From: Catajapyx aquilonaris
Lineage: Eukaryota
Direction of reading: 5' to 3'
Assembly (NCBI GenBank): GCA_000934665.2
Contig: KZ538226.1
Coordinates: 1-64,000 of the forward strand
DNA length: 64,000 nt
Shown: piece after piece, positions 48,401-62,905 of the stretch
Layout: every line of letters begins with the position of its first letter
Numbering within the stretch: the first letter of the stretch is position 1
Notes under the pieces: model-generated
The model's database searches: none
What the model was told of the DNA's origin: nothing
The model's input: the letters and a program-made list of their open reading frames with translations, nothing else
Translations under genes and position numbers: made by a program

Positions 48401-51400
48401 AAACCACGTAATTAATTATTATCAATGGCAACTGTAGACTCAAAGTGTGTTTAATGGGCTGTCTCTCCTAAAATATATTTTAGTATTAATCGTGCCCAAC
48501 TCCAATTTTGAAAAACGTTAAGATAATTGTTGGCAAATATTTAAAGCTTGAAATTACTTAATGCTGTAGGATACTCTGATAATTTCCATCTACAGTGTCT
48601 GGTGAATAACATGCGCATAACAACGTGTCTTTCCAAACTTCTAACGAAGCTATAGTTTATCGCCTCAGTGTGCCTGAATTTCATTCTTGACGGCCTATGT
48701 GCCCCTTAAAAATGTTGCTCGCTATGTTCTCCTGGGGTCAGCTTCTGCAAGAACTGATCCAAAAGGTAGCACAACAATAAAACTACAGCTGCTCTAACAC
48801 TTTATTATAATAATCTAAAGGCGTATTTGGAGGGAGGTGACTGTTCTCTCGAGACACTTTTGGAGGGGGGGGGGGCAAGGGAAGATTAAAGCGCCATAAA
48901 TTAGGGAGCCATGGAATCGCAGCCAGATACGATCATGCCTTCGCTACAAATGAGAAGTTTCAGGTTAGCAGTTAGTTTCCTGCTGGATTTCCAGGCTGGC
49001 CATTGTGTTTTTGGAGATGGTCGGCCAGGCAGGTCATTGCGGGCCCTCAACTACGTACACCCGGCGCCATTCAATTAATCGATGCAATCGACCCGACACG
49101 GCTCCCAGTTTTAAAGAGAAGGACCGTCAAACTTACATTGTAAGAATCACATCAGATTGCGTTATCTTTTTATGTGTATGAAAAATGACGTGTTTGCAAC
49201 ACGTGGAAGCGGCTAAGGTCAGGAAGCATAGGATCCTCCTTGGGCCCCACGGATCATCAGGCGTAATTGGATTGATTTCCGAGGCAAACAAGCATGTTTC
49301 GTTTGTGCGCCGAGGCTAAGAGGATAATCCCGTAATGAAGCTTACATGGCGGCAGCTTAATGGCGCGAGGTAATAGGAGCCAAGTTGAACCTGCTGGCCT
49401 CTCTCATGCATCCCAACACCCCCAGCAAGCCTATCCTAGATAGCTAGCTAGCTAGCAAGCAGGGCCAGGACTCTCATCGTAAATTAGGACCCGGGCCCTG
49501 GGTAATTAACAGTTTGGGGAAGCACCCCCACGGTTATAAGTGGCGCGCGTTTTCGTTCCTACTTTTTTTTTTCTCTCTTCTTCCCAACAAATGCGATCCA
49601 CGCTTAAAAACTTTAAATTCAAGTCCCATAGGGACATTTTAAGGGTTTTGTTTCGGCGGTGTGAAATATATCGCTAGCAATGCTATTTTGCAAAGGCTGA
49701 CCTCTCGTTCCACGCTGCTGCCCAACCGGATTGTTTTTGTACCTAAATGTAAGGCCCACGATAATCTTTCGGGTTGGAAAAAAAAGAAAATTACTACTAC
49801 CCACTCAACCATTCTGGTGCATGTTTATCATTTCGGAAGGACCGCCCGGTGCTGTAATTATCTTTAACCAACCGAGCCCTGCTAATTCATGGCTCCGACC
49901 CTCCCTTGATTGCGCAAACTGTAACGGGCTGTTAGCATCCGATTAATAGCTTGATATTGATGGCGAATCTACACTGCGTCCAACGGTTTGCGTGGATCTA
50001 AAATAGAGAGAGCTATTTGGAAAGATAATGAGCCTTTTATATGAAAGAAAAACAAGCAGGGTGAGTCAGAACTGCAGATAAATGTGGTGCAAATTTAAAC
50101 TATTCGCACCAGATAATCTCCCCAAAATTAAATGGCACGTGCAAACAGCGCAATTACAAAAAGTTTGCCCTTCGGTGTTACACGGAGAATACGTACTGTA
50201 TAGATAAAAAATACAATAACCTGACAGAATAAACTGCTGGGACATTTGCGTAAGGATTCCATTTACCGAAAGGGACCTGAATGTGGAAAAAGACAATTTC
50301 ACCCGGACTCCCGAGAGATTTCGTGTGGACCTGCTGAATCAATTTGGTGCGAAAAATAGGTCCATTAAAACTGGGAGAAAAAAAAGGAGTGCAACAGGGT
50401 TTTCTGCTCTCTAGGGCTTTGGTACACTATCCAGTAATGATGTGGGACGGATAATTTTTTATGCAAAATATGAATATATTGGTAGGGTGTAAAATGAGGT
50501 CGGGATCAAACTATCCAATATTTTGCAAAAAAGGAAAATTGTTCTACACAACTTTACAAGAAAACTAGCGTCCACATGGAAGTCTTGTTACTCATTTTGT
50601 GTAACAAATATGGGCAAGGAGAAAATGGCTGTTTTAATTTGATAATTTAGTCCCTCAGTACGACCGTCATGCGCGAAATATTTCCAAGTACTTCTGAGGA
50701 GATTTGCTAAAAGCTCAAGCCATCTTGCCAAAGTTACGATACATCTCGCGAAGAGATTATTCAAAGGTCCGTGTTGCGGTTTGGAAGGAAGCTTCGCAGC
50801 AGCAACGAAAAAGGAGGAAGGACTTATGCATCTCTTGGGGGAATTAAGAAGCCATCTGGCAGCACCAGGCCCTCCGGACGGATGCACTACTACCCATGGA
50901 GGCAGGTGCGAAATATGCTGATGCTATGGCCCCTTGAAGCCTCCTGGAGAATGTTATTCGGTCGGGAGATTCCAGTATACGTCAAGTGGCGTGTGACAAG
51001 TAAGATGGGGAGGCCTCTTGGGGCATTCTATGAGAAGCAGCCTTTTTACATGCAAACAGGGCCTCCCCCAACGCCAACTCTCGTTACTTCCAAAAAAAAT
51101 ATCCCCACTTTACCTTTCAGCACCGCCTCCGAAGGGAGGTTCTATGGATATGGCTTCTCTACCACATCACACCGGGGAGCTCCATTTTAAGACTGCAGAT
51201 GCTTTCTTTTAATCGCGTGCGATTAAGAGGCTTTTTTCAAATCTGCAATTTTCTACCCCATCCCATCGAAAGAATGTTCCCAAAAATTATTCTCTGCAAC
51301 AGAGAATCACTTTATGATTTATCGCGCAGGAGTCAGATACAAGTACCATTAAGTGCATTTTAAAATAAATTCGCAGTTTAAGATGAATAGTAACGTTTCT

Positions 51401-54400
51401 ATTTTAAGTTAAAGGGTCTTGCCCGTATATTTAATACCATGTTTTGAGAAATCATTATTTTGATAACGAGGCGGCCGGAATCGTTACAGATCGTTGCAGA
51501 ATCGTTGCAGAAAAAAAATCTGCCTCTTTCAATTCACCGAGTTTTGAAATCCTCGCAAATTGGGTTCCTTTCCCCATTGAACGCCGAACCAAGGTCGAAA
51601 GAGAGACGCTCTGTTTTAATTTTCAGAGCGAGTTTAACAAACTTTTGCGCCTCCCATGCAGTTTGCAATTGTTAGCTTTTGTAACCATCATAAGTGAAAA
51701 GTAATTGCTTTTTCAGTGTCCAAAATCACTGCTGTCGGCATTGACCTAAATGCGTCCGTGCCCTTTGCGCAGTCAATTAGAGTGCTCAAGCATACAAACC
51801 TTGGATGCAAAAATCTTCCAGGTCAAACGAGAAACTTTTGCTGATAAAATGTGCCCATATTTCTCTCCAACTCGAACCATCTTTATAAAATATGGGAGGG
51901 CTTGGTTTCTTTTAATTACCTGCGATTAGGGGGCTTCGATGTATAGGCTTTTCTAGGGGTTTGGCCGCCGTCCCTTCTCGGCCCCCTGGGAAAAGGCAAG
52001 GCGGAATTTCTGGCCTTCCGCGGGTGAACCCAGGCGTTCTCATTTGCATTTCCAGCCCCCCTTCTCTTTTCAACGCCTCCAGAGAACAAGAGGTGAATAA
52101 ACCGGAGCCCCCGGAATTGCTCTCAGAGGAGAACGAACAGGAGCCCGCATTTTCCTATCTGTGTGCACAGGATTGGACACACACACACATCCAGGAAAAC
52201 TCCGGATAAAAATAGTGTGAGAGACTCACCTCCATACAACTTTTGGCTTTATTTTTCAAGCTGTTTATAACACACCGTGATGCCATTTTTTAAAACTAAG
52301 CTAGGTTGTTCCGCCCTTTACCCTGCCTGTTTTAGTAATTCCGTGACGCACTCTGTCCTCATTCAAATGCAAGCACGCACCAGGCCAGCAGAGCACGCAC
52401 CGAGCAATTAATGGCTGATGCTGCTGCATGAGCCTGAGTAGTTTTTCACAGTTAAAAGCCTCTAAAAAAAACCTCCGGGGTAATCCTCCTGATGTGAAAT
52501 TAGTTGAGTCTGAAAATCGATGATCAACTGGGAATCTTCGATCAGCTGTTTCTGGGCCAGTGAGTCCTTTTGGGTCTGACATGCATCTCGCAGCGGAATA
52601 AACAGATTAGGTCCACTTTTTGGAAGCTTCCACTGCCGCGATGGCTTACAGCGCAGCCAGACCCGGAAAAACTTATGCACCAAAGCGTAATGAAGAAAAA
52701 TGATCCGGAGAAGAAGAACACAAGATAAGTCCTTCCTCTCTTTTTTGAGGGGGGGGGAAAGGGGGAGGGAGGTTCAAGATTTATGAAAGACTTGATGAGA
52801 AACGAGGGAAGTGGGATGGGACAGTGATAATAAAAGTCCTGGTTGCAAAACGAGTTACTATTCAAAATGTCGGTTTCACCCAACCCTGAAAAAAAAGTAT
52901 GAATTACGGGATTCCATTTCGTCCGGCGCAGATGTAACAGAAAAAAAGAGGTAACAGATGGGTACGTGTAAATGCTGGAGGGGGGAGATCACATTTGCTG
53001 GATTTATGATGCTGTATTTTTTCGCTTATGTACGATTTGCCCTCGGACCCTCTGGTGGGTATCAACTTTTGGCTCTCCGACCCTTTTTCGCATTGTTGCT
53101 CGGATTATTATTGTATCGGGGGGCGGATGACTGTTGACCAGGGCAATCTCTCGGCCATCGATAAATATTTTAACAAGTCATTTAGCCCTGCAGGTATTGG
53201 ATCGGTTTATCATCGCTCATAATAGAGCCGTTTATTGTCGACATGGGCATGATAAAACTTTGATCCTGATTAGATTTGTCGTATAGTTGAATACCGTATT
53301 GAATATTAGTTTTCTGCTCTCGTTATCGTAGTCATGTTGCACAACATTACTGCCGAAAAAATCTAGTCACATGCTCTGTAAATTGATAGACAGCTGCTTA
53401 TTCCGAACATAAAATGTCATCAATAATGTACGCAATTAAAACTAGCAGTTAAATTACTGTCCTTCCCGGAATATTTGAGTAAAGTTGGCCGCCAAACGCA
53501 ACGTACTAATAACACGCAAAAAGATTGTCGCACTGAATTAGTGTGGTGTCCGCCACTTTTTGGTTTATCCTCCTGTCGCAAGGGTCGTTGCCGGAAGACG
53601 GAGTTTGGGCGTAGAATCACTCCAAACACCGTCACGATCCTTGCGGCAGAAGCATAAACCAAAAAGTCGCGGACACCACACTAATACAGTGCGACAATCT
53701 TTTTGCGTGTTATAGTACAGGATCATAAATATAACCCACATTTCTCTTTTTTTTAAAAAAAATATGAAAGTGAAATTACTTACATTCTCGATGATACAGA
53801 CGAGGTTGATGGTGCTGCCCTGTTCGATGTGATATTCCACCTTGCCCAGGATAAGGGCCTCGGGAACGATGATGTGTAGGTTGAAGTAATGAGACATAGT
53901 TCCTCCTCCGGTCGACACCTGAAGGAGATTAAGCAATAAAGCCATTAGCGGGGGGCCTATTAGATCTACTTCTCATCCCGTTCTTTTTCGCCTGGACCCC
54001 ATCCTCTCTTACGCCAGGATGGAATTTCCAATAGCGTCACAACCATGCAGGTCACAAGGGCGCCATCGATCAATTGCCTCGAAAAAATGGGGAGAGAGAA
54101 CCTGGTGGGGGGGAAAAAATTACCGAAAGTAAGGCACTTTTTTGGGGGGGGACGCTGCCTCGATCGGCAACGTGAAAAATGACGACCTCGGTTGTTTCTT
54201 CCTGACAAAATGTGAGCCCAACCTGATGTGCTTTGTACAAATGCTGACACCCATTTCACGGCCATTTAGCTCAGCACAAAACCACTTTTGTTCATTTAAT
54301 GTGAAAAACACAGTGCTTTATAATGATTAAGCATGTGAACACCAGGATATTTGGGTTGCGTCATGTAAGGTTGAAAAGTGACCCAAGTGGAAGGCCACCT

Positions 54401-56335
54401 TTATGTCGAGGTGTTAATTGGTCTTCTTTCTATCATTGCGAAACACCCTGTACATCCAATGCGGGAAAACTAGAGATGGGGAAAGGTCTAGCGCAGCAAT
54501 CCGGTGGGGTTAAATTCTGAATAGTATCCGGGTCCGATTGAAAGGGATTTCAAATCCGTCTCCGGGCCCTGGGATGTGCCTCTGCGATAACCCCTTTCCT
54601 TCATTTTCATGCCGCTCACACCCCGACAATTCTTCAAGTGGCGCCAGATTCTCCTTCTCTCTGTCTCTTTTTTTTCTGCTCCATCCCTATACACCCATCT
54701 CTAGACCTATGCGCCAAAAATGGTAGCCGACTGGATCTATAATAACAATGGATGAAATCAGTTATTGTATTAAGCATCTTTGGGTCATTAAGGCTCGCTC
54801 TTCATTACATAGACTGGGAAAGTCCAGCAATAACAGGTGTCAATGGAGATGCACCACCTGTTGACAGATCATTAGACAGGGTGCTTCTTAAGTTGTGCTA
54901 TTCCCAACAATATATAGATAAGGAGTTGGAAACAAAAGAAAATGTGTTCAATTTTTTTCTTTACGTTCGTCTATAGGCATATTGGTTCGCCTAGGCCCCA
55001 ACTTCCATGCTGGGGGACGTGATAAATTGTGTTTTCTTCTTCCATCCCGCTCACTATTCGCAATTGGATTCCGGGAGGCAGCCCGGATGAAAGGTACGGT
55101 CGGAAACAAATGAAGCGAAGAGAGAGAACGTTCCAGGAATCAAATTTTGTGCGAACGCCATTTTTCTTTCTCTCTATCTCTCCCTCCCCCCCTAGAAACT
55201 TTTTCTCCCTTCCCCGCTAGCTCATGTCCTTTAATTCCTGCCTGCATAATTGCTAATTAAGCACCTGAGCCATCCTTAATTCGCACCATATTTCAAGCTA
55301 ACTTCCTCACATACTTTAAAAAAAATTAATTTCGAGGCTGGTTTGTCCAATCATGTATTTCGGAGCGTACGTCCAGGTGGTACAGTATGACAGCAATAAC
55401 CGGTCGTAAAACCAATTTTTTTTTTTACAACACCCCCCCCCCCTCTCCCGTCTTTTTTGTTTAATTGCTCCGACAGACGTGGACCGCATGACTGTTGCGA
55501 CCATTTTACACCGAAGCTTTTGCGACGAGACTGTTATAGCATTCACGAGTATGCGCTTTACAGGTGCTACAATGCACCGCGACTGGATGTAATTGCAGGC
55601 TCATACACAGAGAGAAACCTTTTTCATATTTTTGGTACGGAGAGGAAAAAAATGGCAACGGTGTTTGCGAACCTTATTGCGAAACGGTTGTTTTATACTG
55701 CAATGGCAACAATTTCGGGCGTAATGAACATTAATATTTACAGAGCCGGAAAAGAAATTATTTGCTCTTTACCTACCGTTGGGCATGGCAATATGGACAC
55801 GACCAGTTGTTTCATCTGCTGCGCACAAATACGCGGTGGGCATTGCGTTTGATGTGCGAAATGGAGATGGTCACAAGCAAATTCGACATTAATTATAGGC
55901 AAGGACGGTGCATTCAGCGCAAAAAATTTTGCAATATAAAATTATGTGCATTACAAGACATGCACCCACAACTACACGAATTTAAGCCATACAAGAAACA
56001 CTTGTGTCACAAATGAACTTGACACAATACCTTTCATAACACATGCGGTTCATTAAACGGTGAAAAACTGCGAAATTTACTCTCAATTAGCAACGCATGC
56101 TTAATTAGTCGGATGTGGAGACTGTGAACATTCCAGTGATAATTTTCGCTGATGAAAATATGTGTAGCATATCGATTTTCTCTCTCTTGCATATCCGTGT
56201 ACCCGAATAATAATTTTCTTACTGGCCCAGTAATATTCTTCCTTTATTTACACCCTCGCTAGACTTCATGTATGATTCAGTAGCGGGCCCTTAGTCATGT
56301 TGGACACGTCCAGTGGTTTTGTCCCCACAGGAGGA

Positions 56336-56404
<69 letters not shown>

Positions 56405-59400
56405 AACCTGAGGATAAAAATCTAATGACAAGTAGTTATCAATAACACCCAAGGGCGTCGCAATTTAATGGCGGCTAATTAACGCGTTTTGTCGCGTTTG
56501 GGGTTGGCCCGCCCCAGTAGTAAACACTATTTTAGCGTTGTAATCAGGGAAAGTCCAAAACCTTGTTTGACTCCCCTCCGAGCCTTTTGCCCCACAGCCT
56601 TGCTTAAATTTCTGTTGCATAAGTTTGGAAGCAAGGGCCAGTTTGCAGAAGCGATTTTCCGCAGGTGGTGACAAATAGTTTTGGTTGTTTTGCCAGAGGA
56701 CAAACACCAACTACTGTGTTGTCATAAGAATGTGCAAGGCTTTACTATTAGGGGCCAGACCTCATCTCCGACTGGGGTGTCTCCACAACATGCAGGTGAT
56801 GATGAGGAAAGTTCTTGGGGGCCGAATGCAACATTTGCCTTTCGGGATAGTTGCAGGGGGCTTGCATTGTGCAAGGCGACGACGTCGGTGGCTTAATGAC
56901 GTCGTTCGACTTTGATAAGGACCCAGGTGATTTTCTGGGCATGACGGAGTTGAGAGGCGGAAAGGCCGGATTATGAGAAGCGGTGCAACTTGTGTGTGAT
57001 GTGGATATATATCCGAGGGTCGTACTTGATGACTTGGTGCAACTTTGACGTAAAGTAAGGTTGTCTCGAGGCGTTAACTTGACGGGATCACATTGGCGCA
57101 TGTTGGATTAACACCTTTCCATGAGCTCGTCAGTTTGGTAAATGTATAGTTACTCCGGATGAAAAGAGAAAATGACCTTTATACATTTAAAGATATACAT
57201 GAAAACACAACTTAACGTAATCAGCCATATTTACTAGATCTCTAATGAATTTTTGAAGCTTAGGAACAGAACCCCATATAGTACAGAAATAGTGCGTTGC
57301 TTATTTCCAATGTTAATTAATCGCTTCAAAGTACAGTAGGCCTATATGAAACAAATTTTAAACATGCTGCTTCTCCAAATACCATGCAATGCTGAGCACT
57401 TTCAATAATCAGCTTTGCAGCTTGTTTACTTTGTTACTAAACGCAAGTGCATGCAGATTAATAACAAACTTTTAATATTATGCGCTGCTGTACTTGCAGC
57501 TGAATGTTGCTGTTGTAATTAAAACTTTGACGTGTGTGCTCTCTTCCGAACATCTGCATCATGCAGTGTACCTCAAATAATAATTGGCCTGTAAAAACTG
57601 CATGAAGAACCCCTGATTGTACACACTTTTTGAATTATATACACTCCAATCTATTTGAAGTACGTACAGGTTGAACATTGCAGAGTTAATGAACTGTTTA
57701 GTGACCAGTTTAAATGAACAGTCCCCGCCATGGCAGCTAATTCAAAAAAATGCAACAATTTACAGACTTGTAGCTATAGGAGCGAACAATGCATAATTTT
57801 TTAATCTCGTAAATAGTAACTACGGCAATGCACCACCCGGTATGTGCGCACAGCACACGGTCAAAGGCGTACACATCCTAGTGAAAATAACCGCGTAAAT
57901 AATACACACGCTTTTCCAATAACAGCCGCGGTATATTGTTCATTATTAATAATAATAGCAAAATCTATAAATAAACGGGATATATCCGGTATCATATATA
58001 TTCTAACCAGGCAGGAAGCACATTGTTGCAACCAACAGGCGAAAACAAGTGTTCAATTTGCCATGTTGATTGGCAATGAGTTGGCATGCAATAGCCAACA
58101 TGTTACAACCAGTGCGGTTTTCAGCACGTACTACCACACATAAACAATTCAGTCCCAAGTGAACCGATATCCCCCACCAACTACAACATTATTTACTTCC
58201 ACAGTCGTAATCGTAATCCAAGGGTCCATTTCCTTTCTTTCTTTCTTTTTTTCCCCAGAGTAAGTCAAAATCTGGTGTGGTAAAGGTGGCTTTTGTGCCT
58301 TAGTGAAGAAAAGGGGGTCGCCCTCTGGCACATTCCTCACGCCCGTCTCTTTCCTTCATTACGCCCCCCCCCCCNCCGAACTTCTCCGGCACTACTTAGG
58401 AGAAGCCTTGCCGTCCAATCAAATGAGCTGCGAACCCCATTACTTTGTGCCCAAATGCGCCAAAGACAAGCGAGCGAGGAAGGAAGGAAGGAAGGAAGGA
58501 AAAGGGGGAAAAGGAGGAACAAAAAAAGAGAGAATCGATTCCCTAGAGTCGGAAATTTGTAGTCCTTCGAAGCCTCCTCCAAACCTGCTTGGAACATGAT
58601 GAATTACGTTGCAAGTTTTGCGCTGCTAACTTCAAATGCCAACTATTCAGAGTCTGTGATTAATAAAATTATGCCAGCCCCCTAAATGAAGTTGGTTGGG
58701 GGTTGGGAATTTCCACAGAACTTCACTGCGAGTCGGCTGCGGTTATGGCCCTTTGAACCAGTGTTTATTTCAAATTGCTACGATGAAATATTTTCGTCAC
58801 ATATATTTTTTTACCTTGGGAGGTCCTTTACGGTCTATGGAAGCAATAATTAGGTGTTGCCTTCAAAAGGACTTTGCGTGCACTGGGAGTTGACGTGTGC
58901 CGAAAAGGTCAAGGACAGTATTAGCAGGCAATAACAATTTGATATGTAGGTTAGTCAAAATTGCAAAAAAATGCATTCAAAGGCTTCAAAAATGCTTAGT
59001 CAGAATTATTGAAAGTTCACCTGTGAGTGAACTGGGTTGAAATATTTAAGCGATAAAGTTTGCTCGAGGCTGAAACGTACTTATTATTGACAGCATCTGG
59101 AGGTTGCCTAGGCAATGCTACGCTGCGGCTTACGACTTTGGAAGCAAACTATGAGGTGCTCGAGTTCAAATACAGGGTTGAAAAAAAAAATCATAAAACG
59201 AGGAGAAAATTGGGCATAGGAGACGTCGAAAGGCGCTGGTGCAAAAAGTAATTGCAGCTAGGGCTGAGAGGGGAAAAGTAACAAGGTTTTTGGCCCTTCC
59301 TGCCTCTTCGCAGGAAACGCATAATTTCCCCACAATTTAGGGGAGATTAAGTTTCCAGCAAACTACAAGGCCATGTTACATCCATTTGCATAAATTTCAC

Positions 59401-62400
59401 CCCTGCCTTCACCTCTCTCTCTCTTTGCTGATAATATTCTGATCCGCCCAGCAAATAATCCTGAGAGAGAAAAAGTTGCCAGGTCTCAGCTGCTCCCTTG
59501 AATAAAAACCCAAGTTATACGCCTGCTTGAAGGGAAATTCCGGCCAAAGTGCGTAAGACACGCAGCGTCAAAACGTGATTGATGCCCCGGAAAATTCCAA
59601 GGCTCTAAATATCACTTTGCATCAATCTACTAAATCGGTTAACGTATAAAAAAAGGGGAGAGAGAAGGCGGCTGGGGAATAACAGGGGGATGGTTTAAAA
59701 AAAAAACAGCAAGTCGTGATCGTTAAGTGAATGAGAAAAGAGTGGGAGGGCAGCATGACTGTCACGAGAAGCTGTCCATTCTCATAGCCTCGGAAGAGAG
59801 TTCAATATCTGGAGCTGATCTGGGATTGAACAGCTCCCTTTTTCCCCCTCCCCACTCCTCCACCCCCCTTCCTCCCTATCTTCCCCCGTTTCGCTGCCAA
59901 ACAGCAAAGAGCTTGTAATGAAAATTTCACTGGGAGCCAGCAGTGGGGAATCTGCACGGGCAATATTGCGATTCCATCTTCGAAAATGAAAGAGAAAAAA
60001 AAGGCAAAAAAAAGTCTCCGCAGTCGACGGAGTGCTGATCGGCTCACTTGTTAAATAACTTTTGTTCTCGTGCTGTTGTGGAACTTTTTTTTGGAGGGGG
60101 TGGGGGGAGAAGGTGCCCTCCAGACATTACCTCGAACTGAGATTCCTTTTATCGATGAAGGTTTTTCGCGCTGACCATGAAATTTTTTTTTCTTGCGGAG
60201 TCGGCAGTTATTGCGTGAGATGATTATTTTTGGCCTGGAGTGATCAATATGGCCCTCAAAAAGTTGCTCTAGTGGCGCCATTTCTAATAATAAAGACCTT
60301 CCACAAAAAACGAGAAATGAATGAAAGCGTGTTGAACAGTTACATGTAACGTAATTTCTAGACATATAAACGTGAAAGTTTGTACATATCAATGTATGTT
60401 TGTCCGGGATACCTAACCCACTTTCACACAGTGTCTGAGAGTGCTGAAATTTGGCACACCGATGTCTTATGTGCAACTGATATAGGGGGAAAAGAACAGG
60501 CCCACTGCTAGTAAGTAATAAATAAAATAATAATTTTTTCTAGGCGACTTTATGAGAGAGGTTCTCCTGGAATATTCTTTTGGAACAAACATGCTCTAAT
60601 AAACCTCTAGATTCTTTAAACGCAATGAGGGCATCCTGCACTTTTTTAAAGAAAAATTCCAAAGAAATCATCCGGATTTCCAAACGTAAGCAAATGGAGA
60701 TTTTTATCCAATCTTGGGTCAGCATCGAACCATATTGAGCCTCCGTCTTACTTAGGATTAAAAGACGTCGCTTATGGGCCATTGAAATGTTTTCCAGGAG
60801 AGATTGCGAGGAAATTATTGATTCGGAGCCAGTTGAGGGGAGAGAGAGAGAGTCCCCAGCCAGAATCCCAAATTGACTGCTTCTGTTTGCCTAAACCCAG
60901 GAAAAGTTAGGGCAGGTCACAGCTTCCATCACCCTCCCTCCTCTCTTCCATATTCCCCCAAACATTTTCAGGGGGAACTATGTTAAATGGGGTTGCGGGA
61001 TACTGGAAACTGGGATGGGGGGGATGCATATCTCGCTCTGTTTACTCTAGACTCTGGGGGAGGTCTCTGCACCAATTTGGAACTGTGCCAGATGATATTA
61101 CACCCGGAGGTACACTCACGTCCTCCTAAGACAACACACTTGCTACCAAACCAATCCATTATGCCAGCTCAGAGTTGGCTCCAAGAAAGGTGCACCAACA
61201 ATCTGAATTATATGGAGTGCAAAGAGCTGCGAATCTTTCAAATACGTCTAATTCACAGCTAAAGTATCCCACGGCTTATTATTACTGCAATATGACAGGA
61301 TATGGCAATGAATATTGCTTGTACAGTGCATGCCCGACACCAATAGAGTACAGCAACCAAATTACCAAATATGTGATAACATGTTGACTAATATCAGAGA
61401 GGTCATTTGCACAGCAATAACACATACATGCAGTTTGAACAACTATCATTCACAGGACACGTGTTAACATTGACAGTATCGCTAATTTGGCGTCATCATA
61501 CAAGTGTTTGGAGTTTAATGGAATTTACGCTACAATAATTATTTCAAGCCACAGAAGCTAACGTCTGCCGACATTTTAATTCCTTTTCCTCTCCAGCAAA
61601 CTTGTATTCGGCGTTCGCGTCACGCCCGCTCAGTCAGCCGTCCCCTGGGATTTTTTTGACATCAACAGTGTCACTCCATTCCATCAGTGGAGAGATATGT
61701 CCACACCAATTTCTGCTGCCCATCCGCTGCCGCCCGCTCCGGTGAAAAGTGACCGCCTCTTTTATCACCTACGGGGGACCGGTGAGTGATGTCGGACCTG
61801 ACATTCCGTACACGGCAAAAAGGACAATCCCAAAAACATGACTCAACCAGGAATCAATACGACCTACCAACAGATTTTTATCAGCCCCTCCGATCGACAT
61901 GGAAACAACCGACCCCAAAAAAATAGATGAGAAGGGCCTTCAAGTATAGTGGTTAGTAGGCCATTTTCGTGGCCGCGATTGCATCAGATCATGCCACTTT
62001 AACGCAGGTCAAAAATAGGGCAAAGGTCAACACCTTTTGGCGGTTTGCTTCCTGCTTAAATCTCGATCCATTTAATCCTGGCTCACAATGTACTGCGGGA
62101 GGACACAGCCCGATTCCCTCGCTGTCTAAGCGTCAACGATCCGACGGAAAAGGAAGTCCAATAAAATTGATTACGGTGGCCACAAAGTTCAATGCGAGCA
62201 GAGGAAGAAGTGGAAAAAAAAGGCTAGAGCATGGGGGCGGAACAGCACAAAGTGTGTATAAAGAAAAGCCACTTTTATCCCCCTAGAGAGATAGAGAGAG
62301 AGAAAAAAGCAAAAAGGGTGGTGGCCAACTTTGCTTTGGTTCGACCCTATATTATGACTCCTACCATGAAAAGAAGGCTTGTACAGGAAAAAGGGGTGAA

Positions 62401-62905
62401 TGTGGCGAATCAACCTTGCAAGCCAATCGGTAGGCGCAAAAAAAAGAACAAGGGGGCTTACAGTATCATTACAAAAAAAGGGCGGCCAGACTTACAGTTC
62501 CAAGATACTGTACTGAACCTTAAGAAAATCCATGGCCTATGAAATGGGAGGTCAATCTCATTATTACAGTAGCATTTTCACAAAGGATCACTGTGAAGGG
62601 CCCTCTGGCCTAGGCTCTTTACAGTGCACTGCTCCTGAATGGATGCAGAATCAAGAGGCGTATCTCAATGCGGTTTTGCTGCTTTAATGTGTGACTGATC
62701 AAGGAGAGAAGACGTTGAAGGTACTGTACAGATTTACACTTACCTGGCATTCGTACGTCCCATTGTCCCTCTTCTGCACGTATCGTATCTGCAGCAGCCA
62801 GTCGTCGGCCCCCTCTGCGTGGACCACTTGAAACCTCTCGTCGTTGGTATAAGTGAAGAGTCCGGAGGTGAGAATGTGCCAGTCTCGCCTCCGGATCCAC
62901 GACAC
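30376..62905 (-). CDS. dpr12: Dpr (defective proboscis extension response) family two-Ig-domain cell-recognition protein, dpr12-like, 5'-partial; exons 62905..62744, 53918..53784, 33944..33731, 30485..30376
   Basis: Four GT-AG exons splice in frame (phases 0, 0, 1). They read VSWIRRRDWHILTSG...YECQ / VSTGGG...GSTINLVCIIEN / SPTPPQYVFWY...DSGNYSCRASNTEPATIHVFVSE / GDKTAAIQR plus a hydrophobic tail. WIRRRDWHIL, YTNDERF and GSTINLVCIIE match Dpr12 as I recall it; orthology was not computed. Confidence 0.85.
33731..33944 (-). CDS. dpr12: dpr12-like exon, second Ig domain
   Basis: ttgcag acceptor and gtaagc donor. Reads SPTPPQYVFWYHNERMINYD...SGNYSC. Confidence 0.92.
53503..53718. mobile_element. 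Foldback/hairpin MITE, copy 2 (same family as 27079..27262)
   Basis: Shares the arms acgcaaaaa.attgtcgcactg..t..gtgtggtgt.cgc.acttttt and their reverse complement. Its centre is longer and less perfectly paired. Confidence 0.85.
53784..53918 (-). CDS. dpr12: dpr12-like exon spanning the Ig1-Ig2 junction
   Basis: ccttcag acceptor and gtaagt donor. 45 codons: VSTGGGTMSHYFNLHIIVPEALILG...LVCIIEN. Confidence 0.92.
56337..56404. repeat. (GA)n microsatellite
   Basis: Directly visible GA tract with two interruptions. Confidence 0.95.
62744..62905 (-). CDS. dpr12: dpr12-like exon, first Ig domain
   Basis: ttggcag acceptor and gtaagt donor. 54 codons: VSWIRRRDWHILTSGLFTYTNDERF...DNGTYECQ. Confidence 0.93.

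Noticed and set aside
53420..53783. ORFs containing TQKDCRT.LVWCP on both strands
   Set aside because: Translations of hairpin MITE copy 2 and read-through of the Dpr exon into its intron.
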